A stretch of DNA of 47,713 bases from sequence record DRR723986_4811. One strand, written 5' to 3'. Of the stretch, positions 40,010 to 47,713 are shown in pieces (within the stretch, counting starts at the first letter, position 1; every line of letters starts with the position of its first letter). The position numbers were made by a program, and so were the translations under genes. The notes beneath the pieces were generated by a model, which searched no databases, was not told the origin of the DNA, and was given only the letters and a program-made list of their open reading frames with translations.

Positions 40010-40954
40010 ATGACAAAGAAAATTGCCTTCCTGTTTCCTGGGCAGGGTTCCCAAGCTGTTGGCATGTTGAACGCATTCAAAAGCAACAGCGCAACTGCTA
40101 GTTTGTACACCACGACAGCGCTCGAGGCCCAACAGGCATTGGGGCAAGATCTTGCAGCTTTAATTGAACAAGGTCCCGCAGAATCTCTCAATTTGACGAC
40201 CAACACGCAGCCGGCCATGTTAATGGCTGATGTGCTTGTGTTGCGCGCTTGGCTAGCCGCGGGTGGTAGTGCACCCGATTTGGTGGCAGGCCACTCTTTG
40301 GGTGAATATGCTGCTTTGGTGGCTGCGGGCGTGTTCAGCTTTTCCGAGGGGTTGGGGCTGGTTCGCATTCGTGCCCAAGCCATGCAAGAGGCGGTTCCTG
40401 TCGGGCAAGGCGGTATGGCCGCCATTTTGGGTCTGACCGATGAGCAAGTAATCCAAGCCTGTCAGCAGGCCTGTGTGAATGGGGAAGTGGCCGAGGCCGT
40501 GAATTTCAATGCGCCCAGCCAAGTGGTTATCGCAGGCAGTGCACAAGGCGTAAAGGCGGCTTGCGAGGCTGCCAAGGCACTGGGTGCCAAGCGCGCCCTC
40601 GAGTTGCCTGTGTCTGCGCCTTTCCATTCAAGCCTGATGAAGCCCGCCTCTGTTAAATTGGCGACAGCTTTGGCCAACACAAACTTCAATTCTCCGGCAG
40701 TGCCTGTGTACAACAACATTGATGTGGCTGTAGAATCCGATCCCGCTAGAATTCGTGACGCGCTGGTGCGTCAGGCCTATGGGCCGGTGCGATGGGTTGA
40801 AACCATTGAAGCCATGACCGCGGCGGGTGCAACCCTGTTTGTTGAATGCGGACCCGGCAAGGTTTTGGCAGGTTTGGTGAAGCGGATCAGTGATGTGCCT
40901 GTAGTCAATATATTTGACCCCGACAGCATTCAAGCAGTGCTTGCTGTGGAATAA
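40010..40954 (+). CDS. fabD: Malonyl-CoA:ACP transacylase
   Basis: FPGQGSQ, GHSLGEY and SAPFHS; alternative start at 39995. Confidence 0.97.
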   Translation: MTKKIAFLFPGQGSQAVGMLNAFKSNSATASLYTTTALEAQQALGQDLAALIEQGPAESLNLTTNTQPAMLMADVLVLRAWLAAGGSAPDLVAGHSLGEYAALVAAGVFSFSEGLGLVRIRAQAMQEAVPVGQGGMAAILGLTDEQVIQACQQACVNGEVAEAVNFNAPSQVVIAGSAQGVKAACEAAKALGAKRALELPVSAPFHSSLMKPASVKLATALANTNFNSPAVPVYNNIDVAVESDPARIRDALVRQAYGPVRWVETIEAMTAAGATLFVECGPGKVLAGLVKRISDVPVVNIFDPDSIQAVLAVE

Positions 40955-40967
40955 GAGGATAAGCCGG

Positions 40968-41720
40968 ATGACCATGTTTGATTTGACTGGAAAAGTGGCC
41001 TTGGTAACTGGTGCCAGTCGCGGCATAGGCCGTGAGATCGCAATTACTTTGGGCAAAGCTGGGGCGACTGTAGTGGGCACTGCGACCTCCGAAGCGGGGG
41101 CAGCAGACATCACCGAAGGTCTTAGGGCAGCCGGTGTGAAGGGTTTCGGGGCGTTGCTGAATGTGACTGACTCGGAAAGCCTTGAGCCGTTGTTCACCAG
41201 AATTTCCGAAGAACTTGGGCCGTTGGCAATATTGGTGAACAATGCTGGAATTACTCGTGATCAGCTTTCCATGCGAATGAAGGACGAAGATTGGGATGCG
41301 GTTATTGCCACGAATCTGTCCGCCGTTTTCAAGTTGTCCAAGCTGGCCATGAAACCCATGATGAAAGCACGCACTGGCCGCATGATTAATATCACTTCGG
41401 TGGTAGGCACCAGTGGCAACGCCGGCCAGGCCAATTATGCCGCCGCAAAAGCCGGTGTGGCTGGAATGACAAAAGCGCTGGCACGTGAACTCGGTAGTCG
41501 CAATATCACGGTAAACTGTGTGGCGCCCGGGTTCATCCAAACTGACATGACTGATGCACTGAATGAAACTCAGGTAGATCAGTTGAAGCAACAAATCCCG
41601 TTGGGCCGTTTGGGGCAGGTAGGTGACATTGCTGCGGCAGTGCTATATCTGGCCAGCGATCAGGCGGGGTATGTGACTGGAACCACATTACACGTGAATG
41701 GTGGAATGTGGATGGGCTAA
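40968..41720 (+). CDS. fabG: 3-oxoacyl-ACP reductase
   Basis: TGASRGIG, NNAGITRD and YAAAK; ATG at 40968 after a GAGGA SD. Confidence 0.97.
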   Translation: MTMFDLTGKVALVTGASRGIGREIAITLGKAGATVVGTATSEAGAADITEGLRAAGVKGFGALLNVTDSESLEPLFTRISEELGPLAILVNNAGITRDQLSMRMKDEDWDAVIATNLSAVFKLSKLAMKPMMKARTGRMINITSVVGTSGNAGQANYAAAKAGVAGMTKALARELGSRNITVNCVAPGFIQTDMTDALNETQVDQLKQQIPLGRLGQVGDIAAAVLYLASDQAGYVTGTTLHVNGGMWMG

Positions 41721-41802
41721 TAGCAGGGCATTTAGAATATGATCTGTCATATCGCTTTGCTATTCTCACTCGATTTTATTAAAAACCCACGGAGGCTCCG
41801 TA

Positions 41803-42042
41803 ATGGAAAACATTGAACAGCGCGTTAAAAAGATTGTGGCCGAGCAGCTCGGCGTAAAGGAAGAGGAAATCAAAAACGAATCTTCTTTCGTAGATGATCT
41901 GGGCGCTGATTCCTTGGACACAGTGGAATTGGTCATGGCTTTGGAAGAAGAATTTGAAACAGAAATTCCTGACGAAGAAGCTGAAAAGATCACCACAGTT
42001 CAACAAGCGATTGATTACGTTAAGACAAACTCTAAGTCTTAA
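41803..42042 (+). CDS. acpP: Acyl carrier protein
   Basis: [19 protein letters not shown]. Confidence 0.99.
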   Translation: MENIEQRVKKIVAEQLGVKEEEIKNESSFVDDLGADSLDTVELVMALEEEFETEIPDEEAEKITTVQQAIDYVKTNSKS

Positions 42043-42055
42043 TAGCTGAATTTGA

Positions 42056-42090
42056 AGAGGTGCGGAGGAAGCCCGTCTTCCTCGGCCTCT
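42056..42090 (+). other. Stem-loop after acpP (weak terminator or mRNA stabiliser)
   Basis: AGAGG...GAGGAAG-CCCGT-CTTCCTC...CCTCT with no strong U tract. Confidence 0.5.
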
Positions 42091-42126
42091 GCCTGTTCAT
42101 GCAAACACAGGATACAGGGAGGGCTT

Positions 42127-43365
42127 GTGAGCCGTAGACGTGTTGTTATTACCGGTTTGGGCATCATTAGCCCTGTGGGTAATTCTGTTAGCGAGGCTTG
42201 GACAAGCCTGACTCAAGGCAAATCCGGCATTTCGACGATTACCAGGTTCGATACCGAGGCCTTGGCAGCAAAAATTGCTGGCGAAGTGAAAGGCTTCGAC
42301 GTGGCCGATTACATTCCCGGGAAAGAAGCAGCCCGCATGGATACTTTTATCCATTACGGCCTGGCGGCGGGAATTCAGGCTTTCAAAGATTCCGGTCTTG
42401 AAGTAACCGAACAAAATTCTGAACGAATTGGTGTGAGCATTGGCTCAGGCATTGGTGGTTTGCCAATGATTGAAGATACGCACACCGATTTGATCAACAA
42501 GGGATATCGACGCATTTCCCCGTTCTTCGTGCCTGGCAGCATTATCAACATGATTTCTGGTCACATGTCTATCATGTACGGCCTGAAAGGCCCGAATATT
42601 GCCATGGTGACCGCTTGCACAACAGGTACGCATTCAATCGGTGAAGCGGCTCGTATCATTGAGTACGGTGATGCGGACGTGATGATTGCTGGTGGCGCTG
42701 AGTCAACCGTTTCACCACTGGGTATTGGCGGGTTTGCTGCCATGCGTGCCTTGTCTACGCGCAATGATGACCCCGCAGCCGCAAGTCGCCCTTGGGACAA
42801 AGACCGGGATGGTTTTGTTTTGGGCGAGGGTGCCGGCGTGCTGGTGCTTGAAGAATACGAACATGCAAAAAAGCGTGGAGCCCGGATTTACGGCGAAGTA
42901 GCCGGTTATGGCATGAGTGCAGATGCGAGCCACATGACCGCACCCTGTGCCGATGGTGATGGTGCTGCGCGTTGTATGAAGGCTGCCTTGCGCAATGCTG
43001 GAATGAACCCGGATGAAGTGAATTACGTGAACGCGCATGGTACGTCGACGCCCTTGGGTGATGTCGCCGAAACCATGGCAGTCAAGCGTGCACTGGGAGA
43101 TCATGCTTTCAAGACCGTCGTGAACTCAACCAAAAGCATGACTGGTCACCTCTTGGGTGCCGCGGGCGGCATTGAGGCTGTGTTTACGGCTTTGGCGGTT
43201 CACCACCAGGTTTCGCCTCCCACAATTAATCTGATTGAACCAGGTGAGGGTTGTGATCTTGATTACTGCGCTAACACGGCCCGTGAGATGAACATCAAAC
43301 TGGCCTTGTCTAACTCATTTGGCTTTGGCGGTACCAATGGTACTTTGGCCATTGCACGGGTGTAA
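42127..43365 (+). CDS. fabF: Beta-ketoacyl-ACP synthase II
   Basis: GTG start after [36 protein letters not shown] and NSFGFGG. Confidence 0.97.
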   Translation: MSRRRVVITGLGIISPVGNSVSEAWTSLTQGKSGISTITRFDTEALAAKIAGEVKGFDVADYIPGKEAARMDTFIHYGLAAGIQAFKDSGLEVTEQNSERIGVSIGSGIGGLPMIEDTHTDLINKGYRRISPFFVPGSIINMISGHMSIMYGLKGPNIAMVTACTTGTHSIGEAARIIEYGDADVMIAGGAESTVSPLGIGGFAAMRALSTRNDDPAAASRPWDKDRDGFVLGEGAGVLVLEEYEHAKKRGARIYGEVAGYGMSADASHMTAPCADGDGAARCMKAALRNAGMNPDEVNYVNAHGTSTPLGDVAETMAVKRALGDHAFKTVVNSTKSMTGHLLGAAGGIEAVFTALAVHHQVSPPTINLIEPGEGCDLDYCANTAREMNIKLALSNSFGFGGTNGTLAIARV

Positions 43366-43376
43366 CGGGGCGCTCC

Positions 43377-43775
43377 TTGTCAAACACTCGGTCGGGCAGC
43401 ATGTTGAATGAATTCACATTCGCTGCCCGAGTCATATCTGCCTCGCGCAAACCTAAAAAACTCGTGTTCAGCTTCACGTCCGATTGCGATTCAGGCATGC
43501 ACGTTAAGTTCGATCCCCGGTTCTACATGCTTCGAGCCATCTCGAATGGTTTCGAGTATTACGCTGTTTCGTTTTCCCGGGCGTGGGTTTTGCCGTTCGG
43601 GCTATTTCTGTTTACAACACATAATTCATTCCTCAGCAGCAAGGCTCTTTTTGTATCCGCGTCTTCGCCGGCGTTTCGGCAATTGCGAGTATTGATGAGC
43701 CGGTTGCAGTCGCATGAAAATCCGGATAAGCCATCACTTTCCGCCTATTTTTGGAGGATGAATGTCCTCCGATAA
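43377..43775 (+). CDS. Hypothetical protein, possibly a divergent YgfX-like protein
   Basis: Fills the fabF-rpoE gap. AFRQLRVLM resembles the YgfX C-terminal FRxLRV motif; start uncertain (43377/43401). Confidence 0.45.
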   Translation: MSNTRSGSMLNEFTFAARVISASRKPKKLVFSFTSDCDSGMHVKFDPRFYMLRAISNGFEYYAVSFSRAWVLPFGLFLFTTHNSFLSSKALFVSASSPAFRQLRVLMSRLQSHENPDKPSLSAYFWRMNVLR

Positions 43776-44364
43776 AGACGATGATCTGTTGATTGTCCAG
43801 CGCGTTCAGGCTGGTGACAAACTCGCATTTAATTTATTGGTGAGCAAGTACCACAGAAGAGTGGCTCGCTTGCTTACGCGTATGGTCCGCAATCAGGAAG
43901 ACATTGAGGATGTTGTTCAGGAGACATTCATCAAGGCTTACCGGGCCATCGGTAATTTTCGGGGTGATAGTGCGTTTTATACCTGGATATACCGCATCGC
44001 GATTAATACCGCCAAGAATTTGTTGGTAACTCAGGGACGACGTCCTTCTACCCTGAAAGAATCAAATGACGGGGACAGTGAAACTTTTGAAGACAATGCT
44101 GCTCTTAGTAACATTGACACGCCGGAATCGCTCTACCAGACAAAGCAGATCGGTGAAGCGGTCAATGAGGCCATGGCGGCGTTGCCTGAGGAGTTGCGGT
44201 CGGCAATTGTTATGCGCGAGATTGATGGCCTGAGTTACGAAGAGATTGCTGCAGCAATGGATTGTCCAATAGGCACAGTTCGGTCCCGAATTTTCCGTGC
44301 CAGAGAATCGATTGCGGCAAAGATCAAACCTTTGTTAGAACCCAAGGGCAGTAAGCGTTGGTAA
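43762..44364 (+). CDS. rpoE: ECF sigma factor sigma-E
   Basis: AFNLLVSKY, DVVQETFIKAYRA, FYTWIYRIAINTAKN and GLSYEEIA..MDCPIGTVRSRIFRAR. Confidence 0.97.
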   Translation: MSSDKDDDLLIVQRVQAGDKLAFNLLVSKYHRRVARLLTRMVRNQEDIEDVVQETFIKAYRAIGNFRGDSAFYTWIYRIAINTAKNLLVTQGRRPSTLKESNDGDSETFEDNAALSNIDTPESLYQTKQIGEAVNEAMAALPEELRSAIVMREIDGLSYEEIAAAMDCPIGTVRSRIFRARESIAAKIKPLLEPKGSKRW

Positions 44365-44368
44365 ACCG

Positions 44369-45031
44369 GTGAGTGTAGAAATGAACAGAAACGAACAAAT
44401 TTCCGCGATGTTGGATGGAGAGCTCGACGAAGCTGAGCTTAGAGTCCTTCTCGAAGCCATGGGAGAAGAAGAAACCCAAGCTTGGCAGGGCTACTGCGCG
44501 GTGGGCGACTTGATTCGTTCCAGCGAAATGATCACGTTCCACTCTCCGGATTTGTTGGGACGCATCGCTTCCAGTCTGGAAAGTGAACCTACCGTGGTTG
44601 CGCCCATTCTGGCTACACAAATAAGTCGTCAAACTGCGTTGCAACGCTTGTTCTCGGTTGGTCGCTCGCGTCGGCTCCTGGCTTCGGTGGCTGCAGTGGG
44701 TTTTTTCAGTTTTGCACTCAATCAAGCCATTCCGCCTCTGGATAGCCAGGTTCAAATGGTACGAACCCAAACGGTCGAAAGCACTTTCACGGATGAAGAG
44801 TTGGCGCTTTGGCAAGAATATTTCATGGCCCATCAACAGAACAGCATTCGGGGCGGATTATCAGGCGTGTCCCCGATCGCCCGGGTGGAGGCCGACCGGC
44901 CCATGCTGGACAACACCGAAACCGTCATTGTGACCAACTCCAGTGCTGGTGAATGGATGAATGTCTGGGAACCTTCTGCTTACAGCGCGGATCACAATGT
45001 TGAGTTCAACTATGTTTCATCCAGCCGCTGA
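44369..45031 (+). CDS. rseA: Anti-sigma-E factor RseA/MucA
   Basis: ISAMLDGEL, W..Y..VGDLIR, LESEPTVVAP, one TM and YFMAHQQ; follows rpoE. Confidence 0.9.
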   Translation: MSVEMNRNEQISAMLDGELDEAELRVLLEAMGEEETQAWQGYCAVGDLIRSSEMITFHSPDLLGRIASSLESEPTVVAPILATQISRQTALQRLFSVGRSRRLLASVAAVGFFSFALNQAIPPLDSQVQMVRTQTVESTFTDEELALWQEYFMAHQQNSIRGGLSGVSPIARVEADRPMLDNTETVIVTNSSAGEWMNVWEPSAYSADHNVEFNYVSSSR

Positions 45032-45045
45032 GTGGAATTGAAACC

Positions 45046-46026
45046 ATGAAGATGTACCGCCCGTTTCACTTTGCCAAACATGTTGCAACCGGCGTTTTGT
45101 TGGCCTCGGTGGCTTTTGTCGCACATGCGGATCAAAACTTGTGGAATCTTGTGTGGGCCAGCCATGATCAAGCGAAGTCTTTGAGCTATTCCGGCTTGCT
45201 GATTACTGAGTCTGGCAAACATTCTCAAACCAGCAAGCTGTTGCATCAGGCAACGGCAGGTGGCGAGTTTGAGGTTCTAGAGCGCTTGGATGGTCAGCCT
45301 GCAAAATGGATTCGGCACAACGATCAAATTCAATGCGTGATTCCCGACCGGAAAATGATTCTGACCGAGAGACGTCACACTTCGATTGCATTTCCCCGAG
45401 TGCTCGCTGACGCTGACGGTTCAAATTCTCTTGAAAAGCTATACACGATTAGTGAAATGCCAGGCCGCCGGGTGGCAGGCCGCGCGGTTCGTGTATTGAA
45501 GTTGACCCCCAAAGATGATTTGCGTTACGAATACAGGCTATACGTAGATCGCGAGAACAAGCTTTTAATGCGTTCAGAATTGTATTCTCCGCAGGGTGAA
45601 GTTCTTGAAAACGTGGGTTTCAAGGAAATATCATTTGAACCGGCATTGATTGAAAACCCCACTTTGGTCAAAGCGGGGCCAGGTTGGCGAACCAGCAGTA
45701 CTGAAGTTCGTACACTGACATCCGATGAGTTAAGTTACGATTTGCCAGACCTTGCGTTTGGGTTCAAGAAGGCTGACACGGTTTGCAGGGTAAAGTCCAA
45801 AGACGATCAAATTCACCAAACAGTGTACTCGGATGGTTTGTCGACTTTGTCTGTGTTTATTCAGAAAGTTCAGGCCAATCACTCCATGCCGCAAGTGCCT
45901 ATGAGCCACGGCGCCGTGATGTCGAAGTCTGAAACTCAGGGGCAGCACCTGGTCACGGTACTGGGTGAGGTACCCGAGAAAACCTTGGGACTTTTTTTAA
46001 AGTCCGTTCGTTGGAAGTCTCAATAA
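45046..46026 (+). CDS. rseB: Periplasmic sigma-E regulator RseB/MucB
   Basis: Signal peptide, LSYSG, ERLDG, RVAGR, PKDDLRY, YSDGLSTLSVFI and LGEVP. Confidence 0.92.
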   Translation: MKMYRPFHFAKHVATGVLLASVAFVAHADQNLWNLVWASHDQAKSLSYSGLLITESGKHSQTSKLLHQATAGGEFEVLERLDGQPAKWIRHNDQIQCVIPDRKMILTERRHTSIAFPRVLADADGSNSLEKLYTISEMPGRRVAGRAVRVLKLTPKDDLRYEYRLYVDRENKLLMRSELYSPQGEVLENVGFKEISFEPALIENPTLVKAGPGWRTSSTEVRTLTSDELSYDLPDLAFGFKKADTVCRVKSKDDQIHQTVYSDGLSTLSVFIQKVQANHSMPQVPMSHGAVMSKSETQGQHLVTVLGEVPEKTLGLFLKSVRWKSQ

Positions 46027-46041
46027 CAAGGAAATTTTTAA

Positions 46042-47517
46042 ATGAGATCTGAAGTGTTGAATTCCCGAAATTTTGTTTGGATGGCCTTTTTTTTGTTGGT
46101 CACCCTGTTTTTTGCGGGGTCAGTGCCAGCCCACGCGCAGACCAACTCACGTGGTTTGCCCGATTTTTCTGACTTGGTAGACCGTGTGGGCCCAGCAGTG
46201 GTCAATATTCGCACCACTCAAAAGGTGAGCCAGAATCCGCAAGGTTTCCCCGGCTTTCCAGGAATGGATCCCAACGATCCGTTTTTTGAGTTTTTCCGCC
46301 GATTCATGCCGCCCGGCACCCCTATGCCAGGACAACCTGGACAGGCGCCTCGTGGGGGCCAGCAGGCCCCAGAGCGCGAGGTCCCCAGCGGAGTGGGTTC
46401 CGGTTTTGTGATCGATTCTGATGGCTATTTGTTGACCAATCACCATGTGGTAGACGGTGCCGAGTCGATCATTGTGACGTTTCCAGACAAGCGTGAATTC
46501 AAGGGCAAAGTGATTGGTTCCGATCAGCGTACCGACGTTGCTTTGGTCAAAATCGAAGGCAAGAACCTGCCGTTCTTGAAAATTGGCAATGTGAATAACA
46601 CCAAGGTTGGTCAATGGGTAGTGGCGATCGGTTCACCTTTTGGCCTCGAGAATTCAGTTACCGCCGGTATTGTGAGTGCGAAAGGGCGTGATACGGGCGA
46701 GTATCTCCCTTTCATCCAAACCGACGTTGCAGTGAACCCCGGAAACTCGGGCGGTCCCTTGTTGAATCTGGATGGTGAGGTGATCGGCATCAATTCCCAG
46801 ATTTACAGCCGCACTGGTGGGTTTATGGGTATTTCTTTTGCGATTCCGATTGACGAGGCCATGCGCGTGGCCAAGCAATTGCGTGAGAACGGTAAGGTAA
46901 GTCGTGGCCGTATTGGCGTAGGCATTGGCGAAGTAGACAAAGATGTGGCGAAGGCTTTGGGGCTTGACTCTGCCGTGGGTGCCTTGGTGGGCTCAGTGGG
47001 CAAAGACAGCCCGGCCGACAAGGCAGGTGTCATCGCTGGCGATATCATTTTGCGATTTGACGGCAAGAAGGTTGAAAAGGCCTCAGATCTGCCGCGCATC
47101 GTTGGTGAAACCAAGCCTGGCAGCAAGGTAAACATGGTGTTGTGGCGCAAAGGTGCCGAAAAAACGGTGTCAATTACAGTGGCGGAGTTTGAGACTGAGG
47201 CCACCAAACCTGCTGCGGCACCTGCTGAGAAACCTAAACCAGTGGAAGCCGACAAACTTGGTTTAACCGTGACAGATCCAACAGCTCAAGAGAAGTCAGC
47301 TTTGAATCTGACTGGTGGGGTAGTGGTACGTAGTGCATCGGGGCTGGCTGCATCGGCAGGTATCACCGCAGGTGACGTTATTTTGCGGGTGGGTCGAACC
47401 GACATTACCTCGGCCAAGCAGTTCGCAGACTTGGTGAAGGCGATTCCCAAGGGGCAAGCAGCCCCCATGTTGGTTCGTCGTGGCGAGAACTCTTTCTTTG
47501 TGGTGTTGACACCCTGA
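46042..47517 (+). CDS. HtrA/DegQ-family serine protease (MucD-like) with two PDZ domains
   Basis: GSGFVI, TNHHVV, TDVAL and AVNPGNSGGPL (His-Asp-Ser triad); two PDZ domains. Confidence 0.96.
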   Translation: MRSEVLNSRNFVWMAFFLLVTLFFAGSVPAHAQTNSRGLPDFSDLVDRVGPAVVNIRTTQKVSQNPQGFPGFPGMDPNDPFFEFFRRFMPPGTPMPGQPGQAPRGGQQAPEREVPSGVGSGFVIDSDGYLLTNHHVVDGAESIIVTFPDKREFKGKVIGSDQRTDVALVKIEGKNLPFLKIGNVNNTKVGQWVVAIGSPFGLENSVTAGIVSAKGRDTGEYLPFIQTDVAVNPGNSGGPLLNLDGEVIGINSQIYSRTGGFMGISFAIPIDEAMRVAKQLRENGKVSRGRIGVGIGEVDKDVAKALGLDSAVGALVGSVGKDSPADKAGVIAGDIILRFDGKKVEKASDLPRIVGETKPGSKVNMVLWRKGAEKTVSITVAEFETEATKPAAAPAEKPKPVEADKLGLTVTDPTAQEKSALNLTGGVVVRSASGLAASAGITAGDVILRVGRTDITSAKQFADLVKAIPKGQAAPMLVRRGENSFFVVLTP

Positions 47518-47607
47518 GTCATTACTCCCCAACAACTCGGCAGGCCTAGCGAAATATGCTGTAAAGCAAGGCCTGATCGGGTAAAATGACGTGTTACCGA
47601 AATTTTC

Positions 47608-47631
47608 AGGGGGCCGAGCAGCCCCCTTTTT
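47608..47631 (+). terminator. Terminator-like hairpin immediately before lepA
   Basis: AGGGGGC-CGAGCA-GCCCCCT followed by TTTT. Confidence 0.55.
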
Positions 47632-47641
47632 AATGATGCAA

Positions 47642-47713
47642 ATGCAGCACATACGCAATTTTTCGATCATTGCCCACATTGATCACGGGAAATCCACGCT
47701 TGCCGATCGCTTG
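47642..47713 (+). CDS. lepA: Elongation factor 4 (partial; runs off the right edge)
   Basis: Translated by hand: [24 protein letters not shown]. In-frame ATGs also occur at 47633 and 47636. Confidence 0.96.

Overview
Gene-dense chromosomal window from a betaproteobacterium. Gene order and protein sequences point to Burkholderiales, possibly Limnobacter-like; the genus is my inference. From left to right: (1) a minus-strand fatty-acid catabolic operon (fadH, a hot-dog-fold protein, a partial Fe-ADH); (2) a YbbP-type ABC permease, a group II truncated hemoglobin, rmuC and an asparaginase; (3) a four-gene type I secretion (T1SS) cassette with ABC, HlyD, an unusual 19-Cys acidic Pro-rich Ig-domain protein, and a LapE/TolC protein fused to an NTF2/Csd6-C-like domain; (4) moaA-fdhD-mobA-moeA, divergent from a periplasmic TAT formate dehydrogenase cluster whose main part follows a near-consensus sigma-54 promoter and begins with a polyferredoxin resembling a flavin-less HdrA-MvhD derivative; (5) the conserved core block rne, rluC, HAD, Rieske, S49, methyltransferase, maf, yceD, rpmF, plsX, fabH, fabD, fabG, acpP, fabF, rpoE, rseA, rseB, degQ-like and the start of lepA. 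I saw no rRNA, tRNA, CRISPR array or mobile element. The best candidates for undescribed biology are the Cys-rich-cargo T1SS and the HdrA-derived FDH accessory protein. All family assignments come from motif recognition by eye; no database searches were run.
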